Part shown: piece after piece, positions 41,717 through 51,579 of the stretch | Layout: every line of letters starts with the position of its first letter | Numbering within the stretch: the stretch's first letter is position 1 | NCBI GenBank assembly: GCA_963737155.1 | Contig: CAVTRN010000002.1 | Coordinates: 1-64,000, forward strand | Direction of reading: 5' to 3' | Source of the DNA: Nitrospirota bacterium | GTDB lineage: Bacteria > Nitrospirota > UBA9217 | DNA length: 64,000 bases | The notes under the pieces: model-generated | What the model was told of the DNA's origin: nothing | What the model saw: only the letters and a program-made list of their open reading frames with translations | Database searches by the model: none | Translations under genes and position numbers: made by a program

Positions 41717-42508
41717 TTAATTCTTACTGGAAGGACGGTTCACAAAGTCTTCGATTACGTGGCGCAATCGAATAATTTCTTCTTGGATGTCTTGAAGCGA
41801 CTTCTGACGTGCAATTTCTGTATTTTGATCTTTGGTGACTCGATCAATGAAAAATGTCGCAATGAGGGCAGTGAGATACCCAAAAACCGCTATCGCGTAG
41901 ACAGATATGGCGAGACATAGAATGCGCCCGCCGGTCGTTTTTATTGGATAGCCGCTACCGATGTTCGTTATCTGCATGGCCGTCCACCAAAGAGCATTCG
42001 GATATGTGTGAATACTTTGAGGATCATCGGAGATTCTCTCAAAATGGAGCATCCCGGCTGCACCAGCGAAGATCACCACAAGGGTGAATGTGAGCACATA
42101 AGCGGCACCGCGGCGTCCGAAGGAACGACGAATAGAACTCATGCCCTGTTCCGCTGATGCGAAAATCCAGATCACCTGCATTCCGAAAGTCGCAGTCAGA
42201 GCACGTACCAGCGGGAAGGAATTCATGAAGGGGAAAAATCGCAGTACAGAGGCAAGAATCGCTAAAACAAAGAGCCAATTCCTTTTGAAAAAAGCTTTCT
42301 GATCGTCAACAGTCGCCAGACGCACGGCGAAATAAAAAATAAATAAAATCCAAATGCCTGTGCCACAATAAGATATCACGGGATTTGTGCTGTAGACGAG
42401 CTCGGTGATTAGTATGCAGAGCCAGACAAAACTGAGAAATAACATCGGCAGTTCGAGTATTTTCTCCAGAGCTAAAAGCTTCGGGTATTTTGGCGTATTG
42501 AGAGTCAT
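41717..42508 (-). CDS. voltage-gated potassium-channel-like ion transporter
   Basis: Six TM segments; ALWWTAMQITNIGSGYPIKTTGGR pore region with a non-canonical filter. Confidence 0.8.
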   Translation of the reverse strand: MTLNTPKYPKLLALEKILELPMLFLSFVWLCILITELVYSTNPVISYCGTGIWILFIFYFAVRLATVDDQKAFFKRNWLFVLAILASVLRFFPFMNSFPLVRALTATFGMQVIWIFASAEQGMSSIRRSFGRRGAAYVLTFTLVVIFAGAAGMLHFERISDDPQSIHTYPNALWWTAMQITNIGSGYPIKTTGGRILCLAISVYAIAVFGYLTALIATFFIDRVTKDQNTEIARQKSLQDIQEEIIRLRHVIEDFVNRPSSKN

Positions 42509-42900
42509 CAGCCCCCCTATTTTGCGGCGAGAGGATTGTTTGTCTTTCATGGCCGCATTATATTTGCAAAGGATCTTAGCAAAATCTACAGCGAGACAGA
42601 CAATTGCATTCTCAGACCCTAGAGTGCACGCTATGGTATGAAACATCACCAGATTGCAAAAGCCACTTGTGATCAGACTGTAGGATGGACCAATGCGCGT
42701 ATCCGGCGCTTCTGTTGAAAAATAATGCTTCGAACGCCTCCGTGTGAATGCTCCACCATAGCCCCGGTAGTAACAATAAGTTTTAGTGAACTTGCCTCTG
42801 ATATGTCCTTAATTATATCAATTATTAATCGCTTATGCTCCGGCCGATTTTTTGGCATACAGTCAAAGTATTTTATCATGCTTAGATTTATAAAACAGTC

Positions 42901-43035
42901 CTGAAATACCCAGCAGCTTGCTGCTGGGATGAAAAGGACATCCTGGCGAAGCCAGGATAAGTCTTCAGCTTCTTTGTTGTGCTTTTTTAAGGTTTCAAGT
43001 TCCGATGCCCCGCAGCTTGCTGCGGGGTAATTCAC
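42901..43035. mobile_element. 135-bp non-autonomous IS200/IS605-type element
   Basis: Two terminal palindromes CCCAGCAGCTTGCTGCTGGG and CCCCGCAGCTTGCTGCGGGG with no transposase between them. Confidence 0.65.
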
Positions 43036-43655
43036 TCTCTTTCATGTGCGTAAGTCCCATCATTGTAATGCACAGTTTGGAAATTACTGCAGCTGAAAAT
43101 ACGTAAACTATAAACACCTGGACAAATCCCAGAATAATCTGGCCGACAACATATCTGTCTAGACATATAACGTTCATCTTGTCGTTCTCTACACCTTGAT
43201 GGGCGGAAATGTATCGTCAAAATTCGACATTTGAATTTATTGATTGCTTTTTCGAAGCATTATTAATAATTAGCTTGCCGCAGAACTATCCAATATAAAT
43301 TTCGAGTAATACAGAGGTGCATCAATCGGATAAAGTAGGCTTGTCAAATACTACTTTATCTAAAAAAGGATATTCCCGAGAACAAGTTTAACAGTATTTT
43401 TCGGAAAGATTATGCGTATATTTTCGCAGTAGGATTTTATAAGAGCGGCTAGGGAAACATGAGCAGAATAAATGCATAAATAATTTGAGCGTTTGGCCAG
43501 CTTGTAGCGATTTAGTGCTGGCAAGAAGAACTCATTTTAACGTAAACATAATTGAAACAGCACCCAAAATTAACTCCATGATTGACAGAAGTATTCTCCA
43601 TTGCTATTGATAATTGCCAATTGGTAAGATATAATGGCAATTATTGGAGGCGGGC

Positions 43656-43919
43656 ATGAAAACAACGCTGGACCGTTTCGGACGAGTAGTGATCCCCAAG
43701 GACATCCGGGATCGGCTGGGATTACGGCCGGGGGCGGAAATTGAGATTGACGAGAAAGGCAATGAGGTCGTGCTGAAACCCGTTGAACACGAACCCCCGC
43801 TCAGGGTGAAAGAGGGCATCCTTGTTTTCTCAGGGTCAGCGACCGGAGATATCAGGGGCGCTGTTCGGGCGCATCGTGAAGAACGGCTGAGACAGGCTGC
43901 GTCCGGAAAGAAATCATGA
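43656..43919 (+). CDS. AbrB/MazE-family antitoxin
   Basis: MKTTLDRFGRVVIPKDIRDRLGL.PG. Confidence 0.92.
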   Translation: MKTTLDRFGRVVIPKDIRDRLGLRPGAEIEIDEKGNEVVLKPVEHEPPLRVKEGILVFSGSATGDIRGAVRAHREERLRQAASGKKS

Positions 43920-44350
43920 AAGCGCTGCTCGACACCTCGGTGCTCGTAGCCGCACTCGTGGAGCCGCACCCAGAGCATCTGCGCGCGCTTCCGTGGCTTG
44001 CAAAGGCGAAATCGAGGTCAACTGAACTGGTGATATCCTCTCACACCATCGCCGAACTCTACGCCGTGCTCACAACCCTGCCGGTCAGTCCGAGGATCAC
44101 ACCGGGTTTTGCATGGCGGCTTATCCACGAAAGTATTGAGCCTCATGTTTCTATCGTGTCACTCACATCCTCCGAATATATTGCAACCGTCAGACACCTG
44201 AGCGAAATAGGGCTTTCCGGAGGCGCTGTTTATGACGCTCTCATCGTGAAGGCTGCGCAGAAGGCCGAGGCCGATCGCATAGTGACCTTTAACGTGAACG
44301 ATTTTAAACGTGTCTGGCCCGAAGGTGCGAGCGATATCGTCGCGCCATGA
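43916..44350 (+). CDS. PIN-domain (VapC-like) toxin
   Basis: LLDTSVLVAA...GGAVYDALI...IVTFN..DF. Confidence 0.92.
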   Translation: MKALLDTSVLVAALVEPHPEHLRALPWLAKAKSRSTELVISSHTIAELYAVLTTLPVSPRITPGFAWRLIHESIEPHVSIVSLTSSEYIATVRHLSEIGLSGGAVYDALIVKAAQKAEADRIVTFNVNDFKRVWPEGASDIVAP

Positions 44351-44723
44351 ACACGCGCTGTGTAAGCGCTTACGTAACGGCCTGTAAGAGATTTGTGTCA
44401 CATAAAGCGTCTCCACATCATCAACTATAGGGTCATCTTCGTCGATGAATGAAACGTTGTGCTCGTTTACGAAGTAAAGCATAGACAGGAGGCATACTGT
44501 GATTAAGTCACAGATCGTGAAAGAAAACGACAAACCGGTGGACTGCGGTGTCTATCTATGGGAGTCTGTAAATGGATGGTAGGATTCTTACAGCATTTTT
44601 AGCATCCGAGCGATTTGACTGACGAAAGACAGGAGATCAGAAATGCCGTAAATCGGTTGAATAAAGTCATTAGTCGCGAGTATTAATATCCGGCTCACCC
44701 TGGAAGCGAAGCTTAAAAGATCC

Positions 44724-44820
44724 TTGGTGTCTGCAACCCGAAGGTCGTCGGTTCAAATCCGGCTCCCGCTAGCAAACTTATCATGAGGTTACAGCATTTG
44801 CTGTACCCCTATTCTTTTTT
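44724..44820 (+). repeat. tRNA-fMet-derived att-like site, copy G
   Basis: AACCCGAAGGTCGTCGGTTCAAATCCGGCTCCCGCTAGCA, then TATCATGAGGTTACAGCATTTGCTGTAC. Confidence 0.88.
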
Positions 44821-44974
44821 AACATCCTGTCTCGCGTCCTGCCAATAAAACGCATTTGTGTATGATAAGCTCTTGAATTGTTTGGGACGGGAAAGGGGAG
44901 ACATTGAGCATGAATGAGGGAGCCCACCCGAAGAGGGTTTTCCCGATACAGACGGTTTTGTCGGCGAGGTAGCT

Positions 44975-45220
44975 TTATGAATTAACATTGAGGGTCTGGA
45001 GCTGGGTGACCTCCTGTTTAAAATATCGAGGAAGACCGCTTAAAATTGCGTCAAGTATGTCTGCAACTCGGGGGAACTTTCCTTTTACGGCTGCCAGCCG
45101 TTTCTTGTCGCGTCCGCAGACGATGACCGTGCTGCCGCGCCCGTGAAACGCCTCGGCAATGTCGAGACCGATGCCGCTGGTGCCTCTTGTTGCGAGAACG
45201 GATCTGCCCGATAGTTTCAT
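44975..45220 (-). pseudogene. short-chain dehydrogenase N-terminal remnant
   Basis: SVLATRGTSGIGLDIA...VIVCGRD Rossmann start, truncated. Confidence 0.7.
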
Positions 45221-45274
45221 GGCAGCTCCTCATCAAAGGCATGATGGCTGATAAGGTCCTTCGCTGATTCTCTT

Positions 45275-45790
45275 TTAAATCAACGGCAACAGGCTGCTGA
45301 AGTCATTATTAATCCCCATCATCTCTAAATAAAGAGAAAGCATGCCCCGATGATGGGTTTGGTGATTAAATATATGCAAAATGGAACCCCCGACATTTTT
45401 ACTGACCGTCTCCCCTCTCATATTCGCAAATGATAATGTCTTATCCAGATCGTTTTCCGTAAGCTCATCCATAAGCATGATTAGTTTTTTATCCAGTTCA
45501 TCTCTTTTAGAAAGGTAGTCAACAACGGCAACGAAAGGCTGCGAACCATAGGTTAAGTTCTGATCGAAAAGGGGATCTTTAAAATATTGAAAATCCCTGA
45601 ATTGGCCGAACCTTTTGAGCCAGCTGAAATCACTGATATAAATATGGCCGCACAGGTGCTCCATGGTCTTGAAGTATCCCGCTAACTCCCGGTTCCACTG
45701 CGTGTTACTTAACGTGCGAATTTTGTCAGCCATTTTTTGATTTGCAACCAGATTATACTGCGCCAACAACTTGCATGTCTTGATATCCAT
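45275..45790 (-). CDS. DinB-family protein
   Basis: LAQYN..ANQ, HIYISD, HIFNHQTHHRG. Confidence 0.88.
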   Translation of the reverse strand: MDIKTCKLLAQYNLVANQKMADKIRTLSNTQWNRELAGYFKTMEHLCGHIYISDFSWLKRFGQFRDFQYFKDPLFDQNLTYGSQPFVAVVDYLSKRDELDKKLIMLMDELTENDLDKTLSFANMRGETVSKNVGGSILHIFNHQTHHRGMLSLYLEMMGINNDFSSLLPLI

Positions 45791-46551
45791 ATAACCTCCT
45801 GATCCGTGATAGGGGGACAGGAACGACCTTAATTCTTATTGTTTCCACTACTATAGAGTCATCGATCAGAAATCGTGTACCCGTTGCTATATAGTTTAGC
45901 AGAAAAAGATGCCATGATTGATCTGATGTATGATCGGATCTCAGCATGATTGGAAATTATCAGATTTTGCGGCCCAGAAAACAGACAGTGGCAGCCCCAC
46001 GGCGCAGAAAAGGCCGTCCGCATGCAAGCGCTTGCCTTAATACAAGCAATCAAGCCCATATCAGGGGGTAGCTTCCATTTACAACGGCGGGCTCTATGTA
46101 GCGAGCATCAGCAGTTTTGTATATGTGATCGACCGCAGAGGGGATAAAATGTAGTTGACGGGAAGATACGAATAGAAAAAATAGATTATCAGTGATTTTT
46201 TTGGTGAGGATGGAAAAAAGTTGAACCCTCATGGGATTGCTACCGCGACATTTTGAGTCTCGGTTGTATGCCAGTTCCACCACATCCCCGGCTAATTTTT
46301 TAGCCAAATTTTAGCGAGGTTTTTAAAGCAGAGCGTTACTGACCGGTTTTGAAAGGGAAATAATTCTTAGACGCAGAAGACCTCAACGGATATTGAGTCC
46401 TCTTTAAAAGTATATGGGGGAGAAAATCCAGGGCAGTCCGTAAGATTCCTTAGGGGGGAGACTACCTTAAGTGGTCAGGAAATGCATCTTTCCGCGAATC
46501 TCAAGGCTCTCAATCCTTGACATATGTAATCAATTGTAGTACATTGTATAC

Positions 46552-47049
46552 ATGAAGATTGTATTTGATTCTTCTGCGCTTATTCTACTAGCAAAAACAG
46601 ATCTGCTTCGGGAAGTGGCGAAACAGGTTGTTATAATTATTTCAGAAGATGTAAAGAGAGAATGCCTGGTAAAAAAGACTCCTGACGCGGAACTCGTTTC
46701 CCTTCTTATTCAAGAGGGAAAGATCATCGTGCAGGAAGCAGTTGATGCCAAGGCAATCAAGAAACTCCAGATGGATTTTCGGATTGCAAAAGCAGAGGCG
46801 GAGGCGGTTTGGTTGGCTAAAAAATATGAACTTCCAATAGCCATTGACGACGGGCCGGGAATAAAGGCGAGCAAAGTGCTTGGACTGCGGTTTTTAACGG
46901 CAATACACTTCCTGCTTCGCCTTTCATCTCACAATAAACTGTCACCGGAATTGGCGCAGGAAAAACTTACGAAATTGGCCCAGATGGGGAGATACAACAC
47001 GAGAATCATCGAAGATGCGATGAACCGGTTGAAAGAGGGGAGAGAATAA
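46552..47049 (+). CDS. PIN-like (DUF3368-type) protein
   Basis: MKIVFDSSALILLAK...AEAEAV.LA...IDD. Confidence 0.85.
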   Translation: MKIVFDSSALILLAKTDLLREVAKQVVIIISEDVKRECLVKKTPDAELVSLLIQEGKIIVQEAVDAKAIKKLQMDFRIAKAEAEAVWLAKKYELPIAIDDGPGIKASKVLGLRFLTAIHFLLRLSSHNKLSPELAQEKLTKLAQMGRYNTRIIEDAMNRLKEGRE

Positions 47050-47051
47050 CT

Positions 47052-47336
47052 ATGGGTGTAATAAGTTTACGGCTTGAGAATTCAGAGTTGCGGCGCATCG
47101 ATGATCTTTCCAGCCAGGAGCATAAGGGACGATCGACGATTGCCCGTGAGCTTATTCAACAGGGCTTGCAGTTTCGGATGATAAAACAGTACCGGGAGGG
47201 GAAGCTGTCCCTGGGAATCCTGGCAAAGAGCCTTGATGTCTCGATCGGCGAGGCAATCGATATGCTGGCCGAGTTCGGGATAGAATCGCCTGTTGAGTAT
47301 GAAGATTATCTCAAGGGTTTGGATGTTAAGTGGTAA
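47052..47336 (+). CDS. UPF0175-family putative antitoxin
   Basis: RHH-like start plus YREGKLSLG.LAKSLDVS. Confidence 0.85.
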   Translation: MGVISLRLENSELRRIDDLSSQEHKGRSTIARELIQQGLQFRMIKQYREGKLSLGILAKSLDVSIGEAIDMLAEFGIESPVEYEDYLKGLDVKW

Positions 47337-47344
47337 TTATTTTG

Positions 47345-47826
47345 TGATGTTTCATTAATCATACCTTCACGTCGGTTACCGGTCCTGATCCTGACCACTT
47401 CGTTGGTGAGTTTAGATACATAACGTTCGGCATGTCTGCGATGGGCAGAGTGCTTGTGATTATTCATGCCGACGCAAAAGACACAATCAGAATAATGAGT
47501 GGTCGTGTGGCGAGCAAAGGAGAACGAAAGCTTTATGAAGAAGAACAAACCATCATCTCAAAATGAACTTTGTGAGGAGTACAGGCGAGCGGATTTCACC
47601 GGCCCGCTGGTACGAGGTAAGTATGACCACCCGGTTGCGCGAGGCATCGAACATCATTGTCCTGAAACCAGATGTTGCGGCGGTATTTCCTAACGGAGAA
47701 GCAGTCAATAAAGCCTTGCAATCCCTGATCGCAGTTGCTCGAGCAACGACGAGTCTGAAAAAGCGGCCAAGCGTGCGCGACAATAAAGTCGGTCTGCCTA
47801 GCCTCGTGTTTCAAATAGTAAGATAG
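47345..47826 (+). pseudogene. decayed BrnT/BrnA-like pair
   Basis: PDPDHFVGEFRYITFGMS..GRVLVIIH...IRIMSGRVASKGERKLYEE, then a frameshifted MKKNK...VRGKY / VLKPDVAAVFPN.EAVNKAL. Confidence 0.7.
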
Positions 47827-48112
47827 CGCAGTTAAGAAAATCGCAATTCAATGGTTATTTCTTCAGACCTCTTCGATGCCTACCTTAACTGCCCATCCAA
47901 GTGGCGGTTCCGTTTTAAAAATGAAGTGGCTACTGGCATATGTATTCTCAGGTCCACACAGGACGTGTGGAATTCATTTATTCTGGTCAAGACAGGATAT
48001 GTGTGGAGTACGTGTGTATGTCCGCACATAATGTGCGGATAGTGTTGAGATATTAAATTATATATGAAAATCATACGTAAAATTTTGTGAAAAAAGGCGC
48101 TCAAAGAGCCCG

Positions 48113-48230
48113 CCCGACGGTCAGAGGTTCAAAATCCGGCCCCGTCGCCAAACGTATCAGGAGGTTACCGTATTTACTGCAGCCCCTTTTTTTATCAGGA
48201 CAGTAACAAGACAGCTACAGGAAAGTTCGA
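48113..48230 (+). repeat. tRNA-fMet-derived att-like site, copy H
   Basis: CCCGACGGTCAGAGGTTCAAAATCCGGCCCCGTCGCCA, TATCAGGAGGTTA, T-run, then CAGGACAG/CAAGACAG. Confidence 0.82.
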
Positions 48231-48442
48231 CTACCCGCTCATCACCCTTGCAGCATGCCAGTTTCCCACTCCGGATATCCTCTTGCACACCTTGAAATCA
48301 CTTCGCTCAGGCAGGTTATAATGGCGTTGTCATTATTTCCGCACCAAAAACGGATAAAGCCTGTGCATCTGTCATTGAATATAGTTGACATCTGATGAGA
48401 GGGAGTGCTATCTTATAGACATCTATTAGAAAAGAGGGTGCC

Positions 48443-48706
48443 TTGGTATACGAAGACTTTGATTGGGACGCAGCCAACATCGAACATATAGCTGAACACA
48501 ACGTCACTCCGGATGAAGTAGAAGAAGCGTGCGTGGGCGACCCGTACACGCGCAAGACCGGTGAGGGCCACTATCTAGTTTACGGAGCCACTGACAACGG
48601 CAGATATCTTTTCATTGTTGGCATTAATAAGGGACGCGGTGTTTTCAGGACCATTACGGCACGAGACATGACTGATCGGGAAAAATCATTGTATAAGAGG
48701 AGATGA
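48443..48706 (+). CDS. brnT: BrnT-family toxin
   Basis: FDWDAANIEHIAEHNVT..EVEE...GATDNGRYL...ITARDMT.REK..Y. Confidence 0.88.
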   Translation: MVYEDFDWDAANIEHIAEHNVTPDEVEEACVGDPYTRKTGEGHYLVYGATDNGRYLFIVGINKGRGVFRTITARDMTDREKSLYKRR

Positions 48707-48972
48707 TCCGTATGAGTAAAATGAAAAAAATACCTAAATTTAAATCAGAAAAAGAAGAGGCCGATTTTTGGTCAACACACGATAGTACCGGGTACGAATC
48801 AGAAGAAACGAAAGTCAAGTTTGTACGTCCTAAGAAAAAGCTCGTATCTCTCAGGCTGGACGATAAAACGATTCATCAGCTGAAAAAAATCGCGGAGAGC
48901 AAAGGTATAGGTTACCTTCAACTGGTCCGCATGTGGGTGCTTGAAAATCTCAGCAAAACAAAGGCCGCTTGA
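48703..48972 (+). CDS. BrnA/CopG-type antitoxin
   Basis: IPKFKSEKEEADFWSTHD...SLRLD...KGIGYLQLVRMW. Confidence 0.88.
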   Translation: MIRMSKMKKIPKFKSEKEEADFWSTHDSTGYESEETKVKFVRPKKKLVSLRLDDKTIHQLKKIAESKGIGYLQLVRMWVLENLSKTKAA

Positions 48973-49274
48973 TTAATGTTAGAAGCATATCAAGTGTTTT
49001 AGTTGGGTGGAGTCTGCGTTATCGGCGTTCCAGTAGTTACAGCAGGTTCTGTCGAAACTTGCTTGAATGTTGACTAGTCCTCGTCGTTCTTCATAACAAA
49101 GTAGTCGCCGGTTACAGCCATCGTATGAGGTTGAAGATGTTGATTGCTCAGTAGTTGCACCCCCGGCGTAATCGAATCGCCGTTCATTTCGAAGGCCTAC
49201 TTGGAGCGCCGTAAAAAAACTGTCTGCTCCCTGGTTTGGTATTTTTCTCCAAGGATAAACCCTGAGGCAACTGT

Positions 49275-49604
49275 TTGTGTGCTAACCCTTCAACAAAGCT
49301 GTTGTTCGAAATGGGTAAATCACTCGGCTACACTTTTGACGAAATGCATGTTAAACGAGCGATCTATGCACCAGAAGCTCATGCCCAGAATGAGAATGAA
49401 GCCTTGCTTATTCGGCGAGGTTTAATCGGGTTGCTGTCTGGAAATGCCCGTCTTAAAATGGACGTCACAAGCCATCCTGTCCGTGAAGAAATGCTTGCGG
49501 AGCAGAAGGTCCTTAGGGATGGGATACAAGAGTTGATCGATGGAAAGCGGAAATTAGGAGTTTTTATTTCCCGTGAAGCCGATAGTAAGCAAAAGGATAC
49601 GTAA
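49275..49604 (+). pseudogene. 3' fragment of a conserved hypothetical gene
   Basis: Coherent peptide LLFEMGKSLGYTFDE.HVKRAIYAPEAH with no credible start. Confidence 0.45.
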
Positions 49605-49863
49605 CAATCCGATGGAATAGCCCGTTACGCGTCTCTTCCCCCTTTTCATACCAGCTGTATTACAATCTGCTTAGGCGCACCTACCCTGCATTGAGGAAAA
49701 AGATAGATATGATTTTAATGTTCATACTCTTCTACCACCCAACGCCGATGAGTTACGTAATCGATAAGTGCTCCTTCGCTTTATAGACGCGACCGTCAAA
49801 GACCGATCCGGCTTCTGTTTGAGAAGGCGGAGGAATCGTCTGTTCATCAAACTTCACTGCATC

Positions 49864-50946
49864 TTACTTTTCAAAGAGCTTCGAGTACGTCCCGTACCCG
49901 TCCTTTACCAAGTCCTCCTTGGGGATGAACCTGAGCGCCGCGGAATTCATGCAGTAGCGCAGGCGCGTCGGAGCCGGGCCGTCGTTGAACACATGACCAA
50001 GGTGTGAGTTGGCATGTTTGCTTCTTACCTCTGTCCTGACCGAAACCAAACTGCGGTCCTCTTTCGTCACAATGTTGCCGGGTACGAGTGGCTTGGTGAA
50101 GCTCGGCCATCCGGTGCCTGAATCGTATTTGTCGAGGGAGCTGAACAGGGGCTCGCCGGAGACGATATCGACATAGATCCCTGGTCTGTGGTTGTCCCAG
50201 TACTCATTGCCGTAAGGCGGCTCTGTGCCTTCCTGTTGAGTCACATTGTATTGTATCGGGGTCAGTTTTTTTCTCAACTCTTCTTTGGACTGCTTCACAT
50301 AAACAGCTGTATTATTGGCTTCATCATTCTCTGTGTGTATCATGGCCTCCTTTCCCCAAACCTTTTTTAGGTACTGATCGCGGCCCGAATTGTACCGGTA
50401 AAACTTATACCGGATCGGGTTCTTTTTCCAATAATCCTGATGGTACTCCTCAGCACGGTAAAAGGGGCCGGCAGGTCGGATCTCAGTAACGATTGGTTTA
50501 TTGAACCGCCCCGATCGTTCAAGGTCCTTTTTCGATTCTTCCGCCAGCCGCTTTTGTTCCTCGTTATGATAAAAGATGGCGGACATGTACGACGGCCCTC
50601 GGTCAACGAACTGACCACCGGCGTCAGTGGGGTCAATTTGTCTCCAGAACACATCAAGGAGCTTCTTGTAGCTCACCATCGCAGGATCATACATGATTTC
50701 CACGGATTCCAGGTGGCCCGTGGTTTCGGAAGTCACATCCTCATAGGTAGGATTAACTGTATGCCCGCCGGTATAGCCGGAGATAACCTCCTTTACTCCG
50801 TCCAGTTTCTCGAAAGGCGGGGTCATGCACCAGAAGCACCCTCCCGCGAAGGTCGCTTTATCAAGAGGCGGCATAGTACCCGCGTTGGCTTGGGTTACAG
50901 TGAGCGGCAGAACCAGTAATATCCCCATCAATAATTTCTCAAGCAT
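49864..50946 (-). CDS. msrAB: exported bifunctional methionine sulfoxide reductase MsrA-MsrB
   Basis: Signal peptide; [21 protein letters not shown]; [17 protein letters not shown]...RYCMNS. Confidence 0.96.
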   Translation of the reverse strand: MLEKLLMGILLVLPLTVTQANAGTMPPLDKATFAGGCFWCMTPPFEKLDGVKEVISGYTGGHTVNPTYEDVTSETTGHLESVEIMYDPAMVSYKKLLDVFWRQIDPTDAGGQFVDRGPSYMSAIFYHNEEQKRLAEESKKDLERSGRFNKPIVTEIRPAGPFYRAEEYHQDYWKKNPIRYKFYRYNSGRDQYLKKVWGKEAMIHTENDEANNTAVYVKQSKEELRKKLTPIQYNVTQQEGTEPPYGNEYWDNHRPGIYVDIVSGEPLFSSLDKYDSGTGWPSFTKPLVPGNIVTKEDRSLVSVRTEVRSKHANSHLGHVFNDGPAPTRLRYCMNSAALRFIPKEDLVKDGYGTYSKLFEK

Positions 50947-50948
50947 GG

Positions 50949-51311
50949 TCAGTTCCTCTCTTTCATCTTCATTGTTTCCACATACGTCCCTGCCTTCTTC
51001 AAGGCCGTTTCCATCTCTTCAATCGTGATCACCTTCGGATCGTAATAAACAGTATCTGTCTCATGAACATAATGAAAGCCTGTCTCGATCTTCTCAATTC
51101 CCCTTAGCCCCTGCAGGGCCGCCTTGCCTTCGTCATAGCACTTGACCTTGAAGATCACCTTCGACGTTCCCGCTTCCTGTGCCAAGGCTACGCGGTCACC
51201 TGAGAACAAGGACAGGTATGCCGTCCTGACAGCTCCGCCTGCATGGGTGAGCAGCACAATGAGCGCGAAGACGAACACCGCTATGCCTGTGGCGATAAAT
51301 TTTGTCTTCAT
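50949..51311 (-). CDS. exported HMA-like small protein with a single Cys
   Basis: Signal/[32 protein letters not shown]. Confidence 0.7.
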   Translation of the reverse strand: MKTKFIATGIAVFVFALIVLLTHAGGAVRTAYLSLFSGDRVALAQEAGTSKVIFKVKCYDEGKAALQGLRGIEKIETGFHYVHETDTVYYDPKVITIEEMETALKKAGTYVETMKMKERN

Positions 51312-51422
51312 AAACCCCTCCCCGAGAGAAATGTCTCATGAACTTGTTTCGTCACAGGTTTTCCTCTGTGCCCTTTGTAGTTTCATGATTTATCCCTCTG
51401 TTTGATTAAAAGATACCTTTTT

Positions 51423-51464
51423 AAGGTCACGAAATCATCACAATGGGATAATATGATGGTCACG
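51423..51464. promoter_or_regulatory. candidate OmpR-type operator, copy 1
   Basis: AAGGTCACGAAATCATCACAATGGGATAATATGATGGTCACG; repeated at 56968 and 58810. Confidence 0.7.
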
Positions 51465-51579
51465 TGGATGTATAAACCTAAAGACTGATTGGCTATGGGC
51501 GAATGGTTATGGAAGGTCCCGGTTAACGGGAGGTTGAAGGAGTTAAGGGATAACCGGCGCGAAAAACGCGCCAGTTATC

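Noticed and set aside
47851-47940. N-terminus resembling IS66/RecB-type proteins (ISSDLFDAYLNCPSK)
   Set aside because: Too short and isolated to call.
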